Shown: one piece after another, positions 52,481-53,761 of the stretch
Layout of the letters: each line of letters opens with the position of its first letter
Position numbering within the stretch: the first letter of the stretch is position 1
Source of the DNA: a virus
Lineage: Duplodnaviria > Caudoviricetes
Length of the DNA: 53,761 bases
Reading direction: 5' to 3' (one strand)
Virus record (IMG/VR): IMGVR_UViG_3300050015_000366
Coordinates: 1 to 53,761 of that record
Position numbers and translations under genes: made by a program
The notes under the pieces: generated by a model
Databases searched by the model: none
What the model was told of the DNA's origin: nothing
Seen by the model: only the letters and a program-made list of their open reading frames with translations

Positions 52481-53761
52481 ATGGCCACCCGCACCTCGAC
52501 CAAGAGCGGCTCGTGGAGTGACGCGAGCGCCTGGGATACCGGCGCTCCGGCTGATGGCGACGCCGTCACCATCGCTGCTGGGCACAATGTCTTGATGGAT
52601 ACCGACCTATCCGCGTGGACGGGCCTGCTCACGGTCACGATCTCGGGTGGCGCGACGACGCCGGGGATGCTGTACTTCGCCTCTGGCACCAGCGGGTATC
52701 TCAAGATCCGCACCGGCTACAACCTGGTGGGCACGAGTGGGGCCGCAAAGGGCCGACTGCACGCGAGCGCCACCGGCGCGACGTGGGCCGACACCACTGC
52801 GCTGCCGTTTGCGAACAAGGCCGTCATCGGCCTCGGGGCCACGTCGAAGATCGACGCGCAGTACCTGGACATCGCGCTGTATTGCGTGAATCCGACGCAC
52901 GCCTACGTGCGGACCTACGGCGTCAGGAAGACCGCCACGGCTTCGGCGAGCACCGACACCTTCACATCGGCCTCCCACGGTCTGGCGAACGGCACGCCGG
53001 TGATGGTTATGTCGTCGGGGACGTTACCCGGTGGCCTCGTGGCAGATTACGTCTATTACGTCGTCGCCACCGCGACGAGCACCTTCAAACTCGCCCCAGT
53101 CTCAGGCGGCACGGCGATTGACCTGACCAGCGATGGCAGCGGAACGATCGAGGTGTATACCGGCGCGGCGAGCGGGGCCAATCCTGTCAAGGTCTTCGAG
53201 GACGTGACGGCCGAGACGGGATGGACGAACGCGGCGGGGCATAACCGCGTCGTGGCCGTCAGCGCGGGGCAGAACTACGACCAGCAGCGGCTGACCATCA
53301 CGACGCTCGCCTCCGACGCGATCACGCTGTCGGCCGCGTTGGACTCACTCCAGTACCCCGGCGCACGGATCTACCTCGTCGCCCGCAACGTGTCGATCCG
53401 CTCGGCCTGCACGACGGCTGTCAACATCGTCGATTACGCCGGCGCCGCGACTTCGGCAGGCGTGCTTGGCTGCGAGATTTGGTCAAGTGCGGGCACCGGC
53501 ACCACGTTCTACGGCACCGGCGTCTACTACGGCACAGGCCACACGATCAGCGGCGCCGTGAGCGGCTGCACCAACGGCGTCTACTCCGGCACAGGCCACA
53601 CGATCAGCGGCACCGTGAGCGGCGGCAGCACCGGCGTCTACTCCGGCACAGGCCACACGATCAGCGGCACCGTGAGCGGCTGCACCTACGGCGTCTACTC
53701 CGGCACAGGCCACACGATCAGCGGCACCGTGAGCGGCTGCACCAACGGCGTCTACTCCGGC
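52481..53761 (+). CDS. N-terminal part of tail spike (G8-like start, beta-helix repeats); runs off the window
   Basis: MATRTSTKSGSWSDASAW...PADGDAVTIAAGHNV; HGLANGTPV...YYVV...TFKLA domain; no stop before 53761, so absent from the ORF track. Confidence 0.8.
   Translation, partial: MATRTSTKSGSWSDASAWDTGAPADGDAVTIAAGHNVLMDTDLSAWTGLLTVTISGGATTPGMLYFASGTSGYLKIRTGYNLVGTSGAAKGRLHASATGATWADTTALPFANKAVIGLGATSKIDAQYLDIALYCVNPTHAYVRTYGVRKTATASASTDTFTSASHGLANGTPVMVMSSGTLPGGLVADYVYYVVATATSTFKLAPVSGGTAIDLTSDGSGTIEVYTGAASGANPVKVFEDVTAETGWTNAAGHNRVVAVSAGQNYDQQRLTITTLASDAITLSAALDSLQYPGARIYLVARNVSIRSACTTAVNIVDYAGAATSAGVLGCEIWSSAGTGTTFYGTGVYYGTGHTISGAVSGCTNGVYSGTGHTISGTVSGGSTGVYSGTGHTISGTVSGCTYGVYSGTGHTISGTVSGCTNGVYSG
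53507..53761 (+). repeat. 57-bp coding tandem repeat (right part of array)
   Basis: About 4.5 copies of the unit also found at 1-128. Confidence 0.95.

Noticed and set aside
1-53761. Complete diversity-generating retroelement
   Set aside because: I recognised no reverse transcriptase, Avd or template repeat in the window; only the repeat-variation pattern is suggestive.

Overview
The window is a near-complete, high-GC tailed dsDNA phage genome (siphovirus-like gene set). It is opened inside a 57-bp tandem repeat of a beta-helix tail-spike gene that runs off the right end (52481>) and resumes at the left end (<1-736). Gene order: tail/spike accessory genes and a lysis-like cluster (1-4829); a leftward adenine methyltransferase plus nuclease pair (4891-6434); a rightward early operon from a sigma70-type promoter (Cro-like HTH, SbcD/SbcC, RuvC-like, HerA-like ATPase, SF2 helicase, replication initiator with probable ori, HNH, small shuffled genes; 6570-25686); then terminase, portal, MuF, protease/scaffold, capsid, head-tail, tail tube, frameshifted chaperone, tape measure, hub, tail fibre and SleB-like hydrolase. 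I recognised no integrase, CI repressor, tRNA or CRISPR array. The main observation is that both inteins (in the helicase DECH motif and in MuF) have no recognisable in-frame homing endonuclease. Each instead contains a complete, separately initiated Vsr/DUF559-like endonuclease gene in another reading frame, +1 in one and antisense in the other, while the intein frame stays open. Product calls come from motif recognition by eye, not database searches.
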